A stretch of DNA of 63,990 bases, counting the filler, from an uncultured bacterium (GTDB lineage Bacteria > CAYJOG01), in assembly GCA_964371695.1 (NCBI GenBank). It is 5 parts of 5 records of this genome, joined end to end, with 100 filler letters (N's around TTAATTAATTAA, not from the genome) between each part and the next. Parts side by side here need not be neighbours in the genome. Positions count along the whole stretch, not along the records: positions 29,559 to 44,067 come from CAYJOG010000023.1; positions 44,168 to 58,260 come from CAYJOG010000024.1; 3 more parts are not named here. One strand, given 5' to 3'. The position numbers were made by a program, and so were the translations under genes. Positions 41,306 through 50,665 of the stretch are shown here, one piece after another. Position 1 is the stretch's first letter; every line of letters starts with the position of its first letter. Below the pieces are notes generated by a model, which made no database searches, was not told the DNA's origin, and saw only the letters and a list, made by a program, of their open reading frames with translations.

Positions 41306-41332
41306 TTAAGTTCTCTGCGCCACCTCCGATAA
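41306..41332 (+). promoter_or_regulatory. sigma28 (FliA) promoter
   Basis: TTAAGTTC-N11-TCCGATAA upstream of flgM (consensus TAAAGTTT-N11-GCCGATAA). Confidence 0.8.
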
Positions 41333-41380
41333 ACTGACCAAGACAAAGGGCAAAGCCCGCACAGAAAGGAGGTGAGAACA

Positions 41381-41674
41381 ATGGACGTCGGTCACATCCC
41401 GCAATCAATCCTGCAAAAGCTTCAAAAAAGCGACCGGGTTGGCACAGAAAAAAACAAGGTCTCCAGTGAATCCACCGGAGCCGCAGCCGACAGTGTTTCG
41501 GTCAGCACCCAGGCCAAAACCCGCCTGGCCGTGAAGAAGGCTTATGACGATCTGCCCCAGGTCAACAGCGACAAGGTCAACTATTTTCGTCAGCAGATTG
41601 CGGAGGGTTCTTACAAGCCCATCACCAAAGAAGTGGTGGTCAAGATTTTCGACAACTTGATCGGGCAACGCTAA
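41381..41674 (+). CDS. flgM: anti-sigma28 factor
   Basis: DSVSVS..A...........P.V..DKV..FRQQIAEGSYK; AAGGAGGT RBS; sigma28 promoter. Confidence 0.88.
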   Translation: MDVGHIPQSILQKLQKSDRVGTEKNKVSSESTGAAADSVSVSTQAKTRLAVKKAYDDLPQVNSDKVNYFRQQIAEGSYKPITKEVVVKIFDNLIGQR

Positions 41675-41706
41675 TAAGCGTCAACAACGGTTCAAACTCG
41701 TCGATG

Positions 41707-41726
41707 CCACGGGCAAAAGCCCGTGG
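41707..41726. terminator. hairpin downstream of flgM
   Basis: CCACGGGC-AAAA-GCCCGTGG; no U-tract, so it may be a REP-like palindrome. Confidence 0.4.
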
Positions 41727-41747
41727 ATAGGCGTGTTTATGCGCATA

Positions 41748-41932
41748 AGAGCCTGTTTGAAAAGTGGGTTATGTGAAACATGGCCCACTTTGGACAGGCT
41801 CTTGCGGCCAGGGATGGCCGCCGCCGAAAGCCGAAGCTTTGAAAAAGCTGAGGGTTTCGCCACGCCGAAGGGGCTTTGCCCCTGAAGGCGTTGGGTTTGA
41901 AAAGTCCACGATGGACTTTTCAAACAGGTTCT
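41748..41932 (-). mobile_element. MITE-like multi-hairpin element (best-preserved copy)
   Basis: TIRs AGAGCCTGTTTGAAAAGT / ACTTTTCAAACAGGTTCT, with TA immediately left and ..CTAA at the right end. Confidence 0.8.
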
Positions 41933-41990
41933 AAGGGTTCTTCTTGCGCCTTCCCGTTGCCATTCCTGGGTGGAGGCATAAACTGCCGCC

Positions 41991-42839
41991 GTGAAGTCCG
42001 CCGCCCTTCAGACCGACCCGGATTACGCCACCCTGGCGTCTCTGGTGGATGAAGTGGTGAAGGATCACATCACCGGCTACGACCGCTCCAACCCCCTGGG
42101 CGAGGCCATGTACTACGCCATGGCCGGGGGCGGCAAACGCCTGCGGGGCGCCATGGCGCTCACGGTGGCCTTGCAGGTGAGTCTGCCGCCCGAACACCTG
42201 CTGGGCGTGGCCCTGGCGGTGGAACTGATTCACTGCTACACGCTGGTGCATGACGACATGCCCTGCATGGACAACAGCCCCATGCGCCGGGGTCGCCCCA
42301 GTGTGCATGCCATGTTCAACGAGCCGGTGGCCCTGCTGGCGGGCAACGCCCTGCTGTGCGAGGGCCTGATGGGGCTGGAAAGCCTGGGCGAAAACCGCTG
42401 GCGCGTCACCCGCGCCCTGCTCTCTGGCATTGGCAAGGATGGCGTGATGCTGGGCCAGGCGCTGGACATGCAGGCCCGCGACTGGACCACCGCCACCGAG
42501 GCAGAGATTCTGCGGGTACACGAACTGAAAACCGTGTGCCTGTTTGAGGCCACCATGCGGGCTGCCGTGGCGGGGCTGGGCATTGGCACCACCCACGCCG
42601 ACACGCTGCTTCTGGTGGCTCGGTCGCTGGGTTTTCTGCTGCAATGGGTGGATGACCTGGAAGACGACCTGAACACTCTGCCCCGCACCGAGCCGTCTCT
42701 CCAGCGGGTGCTGGGCCACGCGGGCCTGTGCCAGCGCATTCACCAGGAAACCACCAAAACCACCGCGCTGATCAGCCTATTGCCCGCCCCCACGGCGCTT
42801 CTGGACATCACCCGCCTGTTGCAGGGGAAAGCCGGTTGA
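41991..42839 (+). CDS. ispA: polyprenyl diphosphate synthase (IspA-like)
   Basis: GGKRLR, ELIH.Y.LVHDDMPCMD...RRGRP, GQALD, KT, Q..DD. Confidence 0.85.
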   Translation: MKSAALQTDPDYATLASLVDEVVKDHITGYDRSNPLGEAMYYAMAGGGKRLRGAMALTVALQVSLPPEHLLGVALAVELIHCYTLVHDDMPCMDNSPMRRGRPSVHAMFNEPVALLAGNALLCEGLMGLESLGENRWRVTRALLSGIGKDGVMLGQALDMQARDWTTATEAEILRVHELKTVCLFEATMRAAVAGLGIGTTHADTLLLVARSLGFLLQWVDDLEDDLNTLPRTEPSLQRVLGHAGLCQRIHQETTKTTALISLLPAPTALLDITRLLQGKAG

Positions 42840-42844
42840 GCGCC

Positions 42845-43381
42845 ATGGTCTCTGCCCTGGCGAGCATGCACCCTTATAAGGGGGCGTCGCCCGAACTGGC
42901 CGAGGGGGTGCTGGTGCTGGATGGCGTGCGCCTGAGCGGCAAACTCACCGTGGGGCGTGACAGCAGCATCTGGTATAACTGTGTGGTGCGGGCCGACGTG
43001 AACAGCATCTGCATTGGTGAGCGCACCAACATTCAGGATGGTTCCATTCTGCACGTCACCGACCCCAACCCCCTCACGGTGGGGGATGACTGCGTGATTG
43101 GCCATGGGGCCATTCTGCACGCCTGCACCATCGGCGACGGTGTGATGATTGGCATGGGGGCCATGGTGCTGGATGGCGCGGTGATCCCCTCCGGCAGCGT
43201 GGTGGCCGCTGGATCGGTGGTGCCGCCGGGCAAGAAGTTCGACGAAGCCGTGATGCTCATGGGCAGCCCGGCCAAACCCGTGCGGCCCATCACCGACCAC
43301 GAAAAACAGTTCACCCTGCTGCTGGCCCAGAAATATCTGCTGACCGCCAAAGAGACGGCCAAGTCGCTGGGTCTGGCCTGA
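42845..43381 (+). CDS. gamma carbonic anhydrase family protein (YrdA-like)
   Basis: SIW...V.RADVN.I.IG..TNIQD..ILH..IGH.A.LH.C hexapeptide repeats. Confidence 0.92.
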   Translation: MVSALASMHPYKGASPELAEGVLVLDGVRLSGKLTVGRDSSIWYNCVVRADVNSICIGERTNIQDGSILHVTDPNPLTVGDDCVIGHGAILHACTIGDGVMIGMGAMVLDGAVIPSGSVVAAGSVVPPGKKFDEAVMLMGSPAKPVRPITDHEKQFTLLLAQKYLLTAKETAKSLGLA

Positions 43382-43398
43382 CATTTAAAGGAAAACCT

Positions 43399-44022
43399 GT
43401 GAAACAACCCTTTTCATTTTTGACTGTCTGTGGCCTGCTGCTGGCCCTGAGCGGCGCGCCCGTCCGCGCTGCCGAAAGCCCCTTTGACCGGGCAACCCAG
43501 GCCATCGCCCGCCAGGGCGACGTGACGCTCACGGTGATCCTCAAACGGGCCGTGCCCCTCACGGCCAATCTGGCAAGGGAAACCTATCGCCTGCGCCTGC
43601 AAGACACACCCAAGGGAGAACAACTGACGCTGTGGGGGCTTTCGGGCAACAACAAAGACAGGATGTTTCAGTGTGTTCAGCCCTGTGAAGAAGGCGAGGT
43701 GGCGTGGCCCGGCCGGGGCAAGGTGCGGCTGAAAAAAGGCGACCCGCGCCTGAGTTTTGCGGGCAAGCTGTCGCCTGCGAGCGAGCTGGCGCTGGTGTCG
43801 CGGCTGGTGCAGCCAGAGCCGGTGGAAGTGGTGCCGCTGATCAAGTTGAACCGCACGGAATATGCCTATGAACTCAAACCCGACGAAGACGTGCGCCTGC
43901 TGGTGAAACAGTGGTGGCAACTGGATTACAACCACAACAAAAATCTGGTGATGGTGCGCCTGACGCTGGACAACGCCACCAGCCTGCCCACCCAGTTGCG
44001 CGTCACCCAGAACAGCCGTTAA
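43399..44022 (+). CDS. secreted hypothetical protein
   Basis: Signal peptide ..APVRA; AAGGA RBS. Confidence 0.7.
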   Translation: MKQPFSFLTVCGLLLALSGAPVRAAESPFDRATQAIARQGDVTLTVILKRAVPLTANLARETYRLRLQDTPKGEQLTLWGLSGNNKDRMFQCVQPCEEGEVAWPGRGKVRLKKGDPRLSFAGKLSPASELALVSRLVQPEPVEVVPLIKLNRTEYAYELKPDEDVRLLVKQWWQLDYNHNKNLVMVRLTLDNATSLPTQLRVTQNSR

Positions 44023-44067
44023 AAACCGTCTCCCCTGCCGCTGCTGAAACAGGACAAGTTGTACAAG

Positions 44068-44167
44068 NNNNNNNNNNNNNNNNNNNNNNNNNNNNNNNNN
44101 NNNNNNNNNNNTTAATTAATTAANNNNNNNNNNNNNNNNNNNNNNNNNNNNNNNNNNNNNNNNNNNN
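44068..44167. other. artificial contig linker
   Basis: N-TTAATTAATTAA-N. Confidence 0.98.
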
Positions 44168-44212
44168 CCTCACCCGGCCTGCGGCCACCCTCTCCCCGTA
44201 AAGGGGAGAGGG
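44168..44212 (+). repeat. CCCTCACCCGG..CCCTCTCCC..GGGAGAGGG palindromic repeat
   Basis: Matches copies at 46773-46864, 46919-46965 and 14823. Confidence 0.75.
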
Positions 44213-44237
44213 GAATAAGGTGGTTTTTATATTTCAA

Positions 44238-44264
44238 CTGGATTCCCGCTTTCGCGGGAATGAC
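44238..44264 (+). repeat. dRS3-like palindrome
   Basis: CTGGATTCCCGC-TTTC-GCGGGAATGAC. Confidence 0.65.
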
Positions 44265-44293
44265 GGCAGGGGGAGTGGGGCCTTTTCTTTTAC

Positions 44294-44336
44294 CAACCTC
44301 CAACCTTCAGCCTCCAGCCTCCAGCCTCCAACTTCC
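44294..44336 (+). repeat. heptamer tandem repeat, about six copies of CARCCTC
   Basis: caacctc caacctt cagcctc cagcctc cagcctc caacttc. Confidence 0.75.
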
Positions 44337-44373
44337 GGATACTGGCGCGAACCAAAGAGGCGGTTGCGATGTT

Positions 44374-45147
44374 TTATTTCGCCGTCGCCGCCGGACGGAT
44401 GGGCACGCCCCGGCGGTGCAGGTAACGCTTCAGGTCGGGCACGGTGAGTTCGCCGAAATGGAACAGGCTGGCGGCCAGGGCGGCGTCTGCGCCGGTCTCG
44501 TGAAACACGTCATAAAAATGCGACCGCGCCCCTGCTCCGCCGCTGGCGATGACGGGGATCTTCAGCTTTTCCGCCACGCGCCGGGTGAGTTCCAGATCAA
44601 AACCTTTTTTCACGCCGTCGGTGTCCATGCTGGTGAGCAGGATTTCGCCTGCTCCCAGGCGCTCGCCCTTTTTGGCCCAGGCGATGGCGTCCAGACCCGT
44701 GGGAATGCGCCCCCCCGCCACCACCACTTCAAACTTTCCTTTGGGCGTGCGGCGGGCGTCTATGGCCAGCACCACACACTGGCTGCCAAATCGCCGGGCG
44801 CACTGGCCAATCAGGTCAGGATTTTTCACCGCTGCTGAGTTCACGCCCACTTTGTCTGCCCCGCACAACAGCATGTGCCGCATGTCTTCTTCGGTGCGGA
44901 TGCCCCCGCCCACGGTGAAAGGAATGCTGAGTTGTTCGGCGGCGCTTTTCACGATGTGGCTCATGGTGTCGCGGCCATCGCTGGTGGCGGTGATGTCCAG
45001 GAACACCAGTTCATCGGCCCCCTGCTGGTCATATGCCTTGGCCAGGGCCACGGGATCGCCCGCGTCCCGCAGGTTCACAAAGTTCACGCCCTTCACCACG
45101 CGCCCGCCGGTCACGTCGAGGCAGGGAATAATCCGCCGGGCCAGCAT
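44374..45147 (-). CDS. hisF: imidazole glycerol phosphate synthase cyclase subunit
   Basis: [44 protein letters not shown]. Confidence 0.97.
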   Translation of the reverse strand: MLARRIIPCLDVTGGRVVKGVNFVNLRDAGDPVALAKAYDQQGADELVFLDITATSDGRDTMSHIVKSAAEQLSIPFTVGGGIRTEEDMRHMLLCGADKVGVNSAAVKNPDLIGQCARRFGSQCVVLAIDARRTPKGKFEVVVAGGRIPTGLDAIAWAKKGERLGAGEILLTSMDTDGVKKGFDLELTRRVAEKLKIPVIASGGAGARSHFYDVFHETGADAALAASLFHFGELTVPDLKRYLHRRGVPIRPAATAK

Positions 45148-45866
45148 CAGCCGCGCACCAGTTCCGCCGGGTCGATTTTGCCTTCGTAAAGCGCCATGCC
45201 CGCGATGGCCCCGGTGATGCGCGGGTGCTGTTTTTTGAGCGCCCACAACTGCGCGGCGCTGGCCACGCCACCGCTGGCAATCACGTTCACCACATCAAGC
45301 GCGGCGATTTCCCCCAGGCGGTCAATGTTCGGGCCGCTCAACATGCCGTCCCGCGAAATATCGGTGTAAATCACGGTTTCCACGCCCATGGCGGCCAGTT
45401 CCTGCACAAAGTCCAGGTCTCGTTTGCCGCTGCCGCTCACCCAGCCGTGGCCCGACACCTCGCCATCGCGGGCATCCACCCCCACCGCCACGCGGGTGCC
45501 GTGGGCCGACACCATCTCCCGCAGCAGCGCCGGGTTTTCCAGCGCCACCGTGCCCACCACGCAGCGCCACGCCCCGGCGGCCAGACAATTTTCCAGCGCC
45601 TGCAACGAGCGGATACCCCCGCCCACCTGCACCTTCATGCCGGTGACCGACACGATTTCCGCCAACTGGCTCTGGTGAGACTGCTGGCCGCTGAAGGCCC
45701 CGTCCAGGTCCACCACGTGCAGGTGTTCAAAACCAAATGAGGCCCAGTGCCTGGCCGCCTCCACAGGGTTTTCATAAAAGGTTTTGGACCGTGCCGGGTC
45801 TCCCTGCACCAGACGCACCGCCTTGCCGCCCCGGATGTCCACCGCCGGAAAAAGAAACGACTTCAT
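45147..45866 (-). CDS. hisA: ProFAR isomerase
   Basis: [43 protein letters not shown]. Confidence 0.96.
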   Translation of the reverse strand: MKSFLFPAVDIRGGKAVRLVQGDPARSKTFYENPVEAARHWASFGFEHLHVVDLDGAFSGQQSHQSQLAEIVSVTGMKVQVGGGIRSLQALENCLAAGAWRCVVGTVALENPALLREMVSAHGTRVAVGVDARDGEVSGHGWVSGSGKRDLDFVQELAAMGVETVIYTDISRDGMLSGPNIDRLGEIAALDVVNVIASGGVASAAQLWALKKQHPRITGAIAGMALYEGKIDPAELVRG

Positions 45867-46471
45867 GCCTGCACCCACTCCACAAAATTTTTCAACATAC
45901 GGTGCCCAACGGCCTGGCTTTTTTCGGGGTGAAACTGAAACCCCGCCACGTTTCCCCGCGCCAGACCCGCCACCACCGGCCCGCCATAATCGGTGCTGAG
46001 CAATACGTGGGCGGGGTCTTTGGCCACGGCGTGATAACCATGCACAAAATAGACGTAATCGCCGTTGCGGACGCCCTGAAGAAGACGGTGGGTGTGGTGT
46101 TTGTGAATCTGGTTCCAGCCCATGTGGGGTGACTTCACGCCCCCCGGCAGCTTGATCACCTTGCCCGGCACCAGCCCCAGGCCCTGGTGGCGGCCAAACT
46201 CGGTGCTGGTGTCGCAAAGCAGTTGCATCCCCAGGCAGATGCCCAAAAGCGGCGGGCCTTCCAGGGGCCAGTCCCGCAGGGGGTGCAGCAGTTTCAGTTC
46301 GTTCAGCTTGGACATCGCCTCGCCAAAGGCCCCCACGCCGGGCAGCACCACGGCGCGGGCTTTTTTGAGCAGCGCGGGGTCGTTGTCCAGGCGTGGTTTG
46401 CCGCCCAGCTCCTTCAGCACCCGGCACACGTTGGCCAGGTTCCCCATGTGATAGTCCAACACCAGAATCAT
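45863..46471 (-). CDS. hisH: imidazole glycerol phosphate synthase glutaminase subunit
   Basis: DY.MGNL, LPGVGAF, GICLGMQ, PHMGWN, YFVH.Y, QFHPEKS. Confidence 0.97.
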   Translation of the reverse strand: MILVLDYHMGNLANVCRVLKELGGKPRLDNDPALLKKARAVVLPGVGAFGEAMSKLNELKLLHPLRDWPLEGPPLLGICLGMQLLCDTSTEFGRHQGLGLVPGKVIKLPGGVKSPHMGWNQIHKHHTHRLLQGVRNGDYVYFVHGYHAVAKDPAHVLLSTDYGGPVVAGLARGNVAGFQFHPEKSQAVGHRMLKNFVEWVQA

Positions 46472-46511
46472 GCGGGTTGCATGTTACAGGCGAGTGGCTG
46501 TTTGGCCAGAG

Positions 46512-46736
46512 TTATTCACCGTGCGTTGCAGGAAAATCCGGTCGTTCTTTCAAAAAGTCTTCCGATGCCGGTTCACCGTCAAAAAAGCTGTCCCACGCCG
46601 CACCGGCGGGGGTGATGAGACGGGCGGCCCCCAGGCAGATGACCTCTACCTTTTTTACGTTCTTTGGAAACGCCACGGACTTGGGCAACCACACGGCTTG
46701 GGTTTTCTTGTGTGTGAACACCGTGGAAATCACCAT
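46512..46736 (-). CDS. vapB: VapB-like antitoxin (AbrB/MazE fold), orphan
   Basis: STVF...TQAV.LPK.VAFP..VK.VEV...G..RLITPAG..WDSFFDG...SEDF..ER. Confidence 0.85.
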   Translation of the reverse strand: MVISTVFTHKKTQAVWLPKSVAFPKNVKKVEVICLGAARLITPAGAAWDSFFDGEPASEDFLKERPDFPATHGE

Positions 46737-46772
46737 GCTGCCCCCTCTGATTCTAAAAAATGCCCCCACCGT

Positions 46773-46965
46773 CCCCTCTCCCCTTTACGGGGAGAGGGTG
46801 GCCGACGCAGTAGGGCAGGCGTCCCGCCTGCCTGAGCGCGAAGCGCGAAAGCCGGGTGAGGGGTTTGTTCAAAGACAAGAAAATCGCATTTCTCTTTGGC
46901 TTTTTTGTTTATATTCTGCCCCTCACCCGGCGCTACTCGCCACCCTCCCCCCAAAGAGGGGAGGG
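46773..46965. repeat. inverted pair of CCCTCACC/CCCTCTCCC repeats; the first contains a nested GTAG-REP (46810-46832)
   Basis: cccctctcccctttacggggagagggtggcc..gccgggtgagggg and ccctcacccggc..ccctcccc..ggggaggg. Confidence 0.75.
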
Positions 46966-47090
46966 AACGATGTTTCATTGTCTTATAGAAGCCTATTCTG
47001 ATACTGGCCAAGAAAAAACCATTCAAACCCGCAAACCCGTTCAATCCTCATCAACAAGTCAGCCTGTTTGTAAAGCCCTGCTTTGCCATT

Positions 47091-47244
47091 AAAGCCTGTT
47101 TTAAAAGTCCATCCTGGACTTTTAAAACCCACCGCCAGCGGGGGCAAAGCCCCCTTGGCGTGGCGAAAACCTGCGCTTTTTCAAAGCTCCGGTTTTCGGA
47201 TGCGGGCATCCATGCCCGCAAGAGCCTGTTTGTAAACAGGCTCT
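47091..47244 (+). mobile_element. MITE-like multi-hairpin element
   Basis: aaagcctgttttaaaagtccatcctggacttttaaaac...gcccgcaagagcctgtttgtaaacaggctct. Confidence 0.8.
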
Positions 47245-47279
47245 AAGCCAAAACCTGTCACAATGGGCAGGGCTTGAAC

Positions 47280-47663
47280 ATGGACCCACGGGAAAAGTAC
47301 GTCGAAATCCAGTCCTCCAGCGCCAGCCCCATGCAGCAGGTGGCCATGATGTATGAAAGCGCGCTGAAGTTTGTGCAGCGCTGCCGACGCCTGCGCCGCG
47401 AAGGCCGTTTTGAAGAAGCCAGCGCCGCCGCCGCCAAGGCCCAGGCCATCCTCTCGGAACTCACCCTGCACCTCGACCGCCGGGCGGGTGAACTCGCGGA
47501 CCTGTTCATGGACAACTACACCGCCATTTATGCGCTCATCGCCAAGGGGCAGATTGACCGCGACGACGACGCCCTGGCGAGCGCCGAAGACCTGTTGCAC
47601 GGCCTGCTGGACACCTGGCGCGAGGCCATGAAGGATTTTCGCCGGGATGTGTATGGGGTTTAA
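47280..47663 (+). CDS. fliS: flagellin chaperone FliS-like protein
   Basis: Y...Q..SASP.Q.V.MMYE.ALKF....KAQAIL.EL...LD...GELA.....Y....L...W.EA. Confidence 0.8.
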   Translation: MDPREKYVEIQSSSASPMQQVAMMYESALKFVQRCRRLRREGRFEEASAAAAKAQAILSELTLHLDRRAGELADLFMDNYTAIYALIAKGQIDRDDDALASAEDLLHGLLDTWREAMKDFRRDVYGV

Positions 47664-47681
47664 ACACCCACTCCCGCCATA

Positions 47682-49886
47682 ATGCCTGTCATGTCTTCTG
47701 GTGTTCTTCAGGCGGTTGCCCTGGGCCGCCGCATTTTTTTTGAAGGCGGCCTGAGTTATACCTTTTCCGGCCCCGCGCCAGAGGTGGGTTGTTGGGTGGC
47801 CGTGCCCCTCAAAAAAGAAACCGTGCCCGCCGTGGTGTGGTCGGTGGACCCTGCCCCGGCAGAAACCCCGGCCACACCCCTCAAGGCCATCCTTGGCCCC
47901 ATTGAAGGAGCCGCGCCGCTCACCCACGCCGAGGTGGCGCTGGCAAAATATCTGAGCCACAAATATTTCACCCCCCTGGGCGTGGTGCTGAAGAACATGA
48001 CCACGTTCATGGACTTGCGGCTGGTGCATGTGGCCATGCCCGGCCCGGATGTGGCAGCCCACAAGGGTCTGCACAAACTGTTCACCAAAAACAACTGGAC
48101 ACAGCGACGGGTGAACAACCTGATCGAAAAAGAACACCTGCCGCTGGAGAAGCTGTGCGAGAGTGGCGTCCTTGTCGCCGCCTGGGCTTTTGCGGGAGAG
48201 GACGACGTTGCGCCAGACCAGGACGCCCCCCTCACGCGGGGCAAAAATCCGCCCCTCAACCGTGAGCAGGCCGCCGCCTATGAGGCCATCTCCCAGACGA
48301 TGCACACCGGCGAACACGCGGTGTTTCTGCTGGAGGGTGTCACCGGCTCAGGCAAAACAGAGGTGTATCTGAAACTGGCCGAGCAGGCGCTGAAGCAGGG
48401 GCGCGGCGCGCTGTTGCTGTTTCCTGAAATCGCGCTCACCACCCAGATGATTGGCCGCCTCAGCGCCCGCTTTGGCGAGCGGCTGGTGGCTTTTCACAGC
48501 CAGCAGACCCCCCGCCAGCGGGCGCGCAGTCAGGCCCAGGTGGCGGCCCGGCCCCAGAGTGTGGTCATCGGCCCCCGCAGTGCGTTGTTTGTGCGGCCCT
48601 TTTCACCCGCCGTGGTGGTGGTGGATGAAGAACACGACGGCAGCTACAAGCAGGATCAGGACCCCCGTTATCTCGCCACCGACGTGGCCACCTTTTTGTG
48701 CAGACACGCGGGCATTCCCCTGGTGCTGGGCAGCGCCACGCCACGCATCGAGTCACGCTGGATGGCGGAGAAGGGGATGATTCGCCACCTGCGGCTGCAC
48801 GTGCGCCACGGTGGGGCCAAACTGCCAAAAATCCGCCTCATCAACATGCGCGACGCCCACCAGCGGGGCCAGCGCGGCAGCATCACCCCCGAACTGAAAG
48901 AAGAAATCCAGAACACCCTGCACCTCAAAAAACAGACCCTGATTTTTTTGAACCGCCGGGGTTATCACACCGTGGTGCTGTGCAAGAACTGCAACACGCT
49001 TTTTACCTGCCCCCATTGTTCGGTGGCCCTCACGGTGCATCAGCCCAAGGATCAACCCCCGCGCCTGAAGTGCCATTACTGCGGTCAGGACGAACCCATG
49101 CCCCAGCATTGCCACGCATGCTTCAGCCCCAACCTGTCGCGCACCGGCGTGGGCACCCAGCGGGCCGAAGAAGAAGTCGAGGCCATGTTCGACACCGCCA
49201 CCGTGGCCCGCGTAGACCGCGACGCAGTCACCCCCACCGCCCTGGAGCACCTGTTCGCACGGGTTCACGCCGGGGAGGTGGACATTCTGGTGGGCACACA
49301 GATGCTGGCGAAGGGGCTGGATTTTGAGCACCTGCATCTGGTGGGTGTGCTGGACGCCGACCGCTCCATGCACCTGCCGGACTTCCGCGCCACCGAGCGC
49401 ACGTTCCAGCATCTGGTGCAGGTCTCTGGCCGCAGCGGCCGGCGGCAGGACCGGGGCCTGGTGCTGATTCAGACGCTGGTGCCCGAACACCCCCTCTTCA
49501 AGGCGGCCCAGACCCACGACTACGACGGGTTTTACCGTTATGAAATCCAGCAGCGTGAAAAACACCATTACCCGCCTTTCAGCCATCTCATCAAGATCAT
49601 GATCATCCACAGCCAGCAGATCCGCGTGGTGCAACTGAGCCTGGGGCTGAAAACACAACTGGAAAAATTGCAGGAAAAATTCAAGCAGAAGGGCCACGCC
49701 TTTTGGGTGCAAGGCCCCACCGCCGCGCCGTTGTCGAAACTCAAAGACGACTACCGCTGGCAACTGAGCATACGGGCCAGGGATTTTGGTGTCTGTCACC
49801 GGGCGGTGGCGCTGGCGCTCAAAACCGTGCCCGACAAACAGCGCCCGCTGATTCGCGTGGACGTGGAGCCGCAGGACTGGTTGTAA
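47682..49886 (+). CDS. priA: primosomal protein N'
   Basis: GVTGSGKTEVY, PEIALT, DEEHD.SYKQ, SATP, LNRRG, four CxxC motifs, GTQM.AKGLDF. Confidence 0.97.
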   Translation: MPVMSSGVLQAVALGRRIFFEGGLSYTFSGPAPEVGCWVAVPLKKETVPAVVWSVDPAPAETPATPLKAILGPIEGAAPLTHAEVALAKYLSHKYFTPLGVVLKNMTTFMDLRLVHVAMPGPDVAAHKGLHKLFTKNNWTQRRVNNLIEKEHLPLEKLCESGVLVAAWAFAGEDDVAPDQDAPLTRGKNPPLNREQAAAYEAISQTMHTGEHAVFLLEGVTGSGKTEVYLKLAEQALKQGRGALLLFPEIALTTQMIGRLSARFGERLVAFHSQQTPRQRARSQAQVAARPQSVVIGPRSALFVRPFSPAVVVVDEEHDGSYKQDQDPRYLATDVATFLCRHAGIPLVLGSATPRIESRWMAEKGMIRHLRLHVRHGGAKLPKIRLINMRDAHQRGQRGSITPELKEEIQNTLHLKKQTLIFLNRRGYHTVVLCKNCNTLFTCPHCSVALTVHQPKDQPPRLKCHYCGQDEPMPQHCHACFSPNLSRTGVGTQRAEEEVEAMFDTATVARVDRDAVTPTALEHLFARVHAGEVDILVGTQMLAKGLDFEHLHLVGVLDADRSMHLPDFRATERTFQHLVQVSGRSGRRQDRGLVLIQTLVPEHPLFKAAQTHDYDGFYRYEIQQREKHHYPPFSHLIKIMIIHSQQIRVVQLSLGLKTQLEKLQEKFKQKGHAFWVQGPTAAPLSKLKDDYRWQLSIRARDFGVCHRAVALALKTVPDKQRPLIRVDVEPQDWL

Positions 49887-49965
49887 AACCTACCTGTCCC
49901 TCCTTTTTTTCCTGTTCTCTGGCCCCTTATTGGCACGAAAAAACAAACTGCTAAACTCTGCCCCC

Positions 49966-50532
49966 ATGGCCCTGCTCGAGATCCGCCACATGGACGACCC
50001 CGTTTTGCAGAAGACCTGCAAAAAAATCAAGGCCATCACGCCTGACGTGTTGAAGCTGGCCGAAGACATGATCGAAACCATGCAAAACGCCGTGGGCCTT
50101 GGCTTGGCGGCTCCCCAGGTGGGTGAGCGCCTGCGCCTGATCACCGTGTTGTGGGACGACGGCCCCGCCGCCTACGCCAACCCGAAAATTGCGCACAAAT
50201 GGGGCCAGATGCTGGAAGACGAAGGCTGCCTGTCGCTGCCCGGTTACATGGGCACGGTGGAGCGCTATCAGGGTGTGAAGGTGCATGCCCAGGAACTACC
50301 CAGTGGCCAGTGGGTGGAGATTGAGGTGGAGGGCCTGATGGCCAAGTGTTTTCAGCACGAGGTGGATCACCTCAACGGCATCCGTTATGTGGACCGCGTG
50401 GTGAAGGGCAGTCTGCGGCCCCTGGAAGGCTGGACACCCTCTGCCGAAGACAACGACGATGCGGACGACGAAGAGGAAATGATGACGATGGGTGTGGGAC
50501 AGCGCCAGGAACACAGCCGGGTGCTGGGTTGA
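49966..50532 (+). CDS. def: peptide deformylase
   Basis: GLGLAAPQVG, EGCLS, QHEVDHLNG. Confidence 0.96.
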   Translation: MALLEIRHMDDPVLQKTCKKIKAITPDVLKLAEDMIETMQNAVGLGLAAPQVGERLRLITVLWDDGPAAYANPKIAHKWGQMLEDEGCLSLPGYMGTVERYQGVKVHAQELPSGQWVEIEVEGLMAKCFQHEVDHLNGIRYVDRVVKGSLRPLEGWTPSAEDNDDADDEEEMMTMGVGQRQEHSRVLG

Positions 50533-50665
50533 AACAGATGAAACCGGCGAACCAGAAAACATAAGAGGGCAGGTTCTTCTGTTGCCTATCCAGGTGTTTT
50601 CTTGTCCGCAAGGGGCGTGATTATGCGCTAGGATACGCCCTTAACATTTCATAGGAGGGAGCCTC

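Noticed and set aside
49930-49947. sigma54 promoter TTGGCACG upstream of def
   Set aside because: No TTGC at the -12 position.
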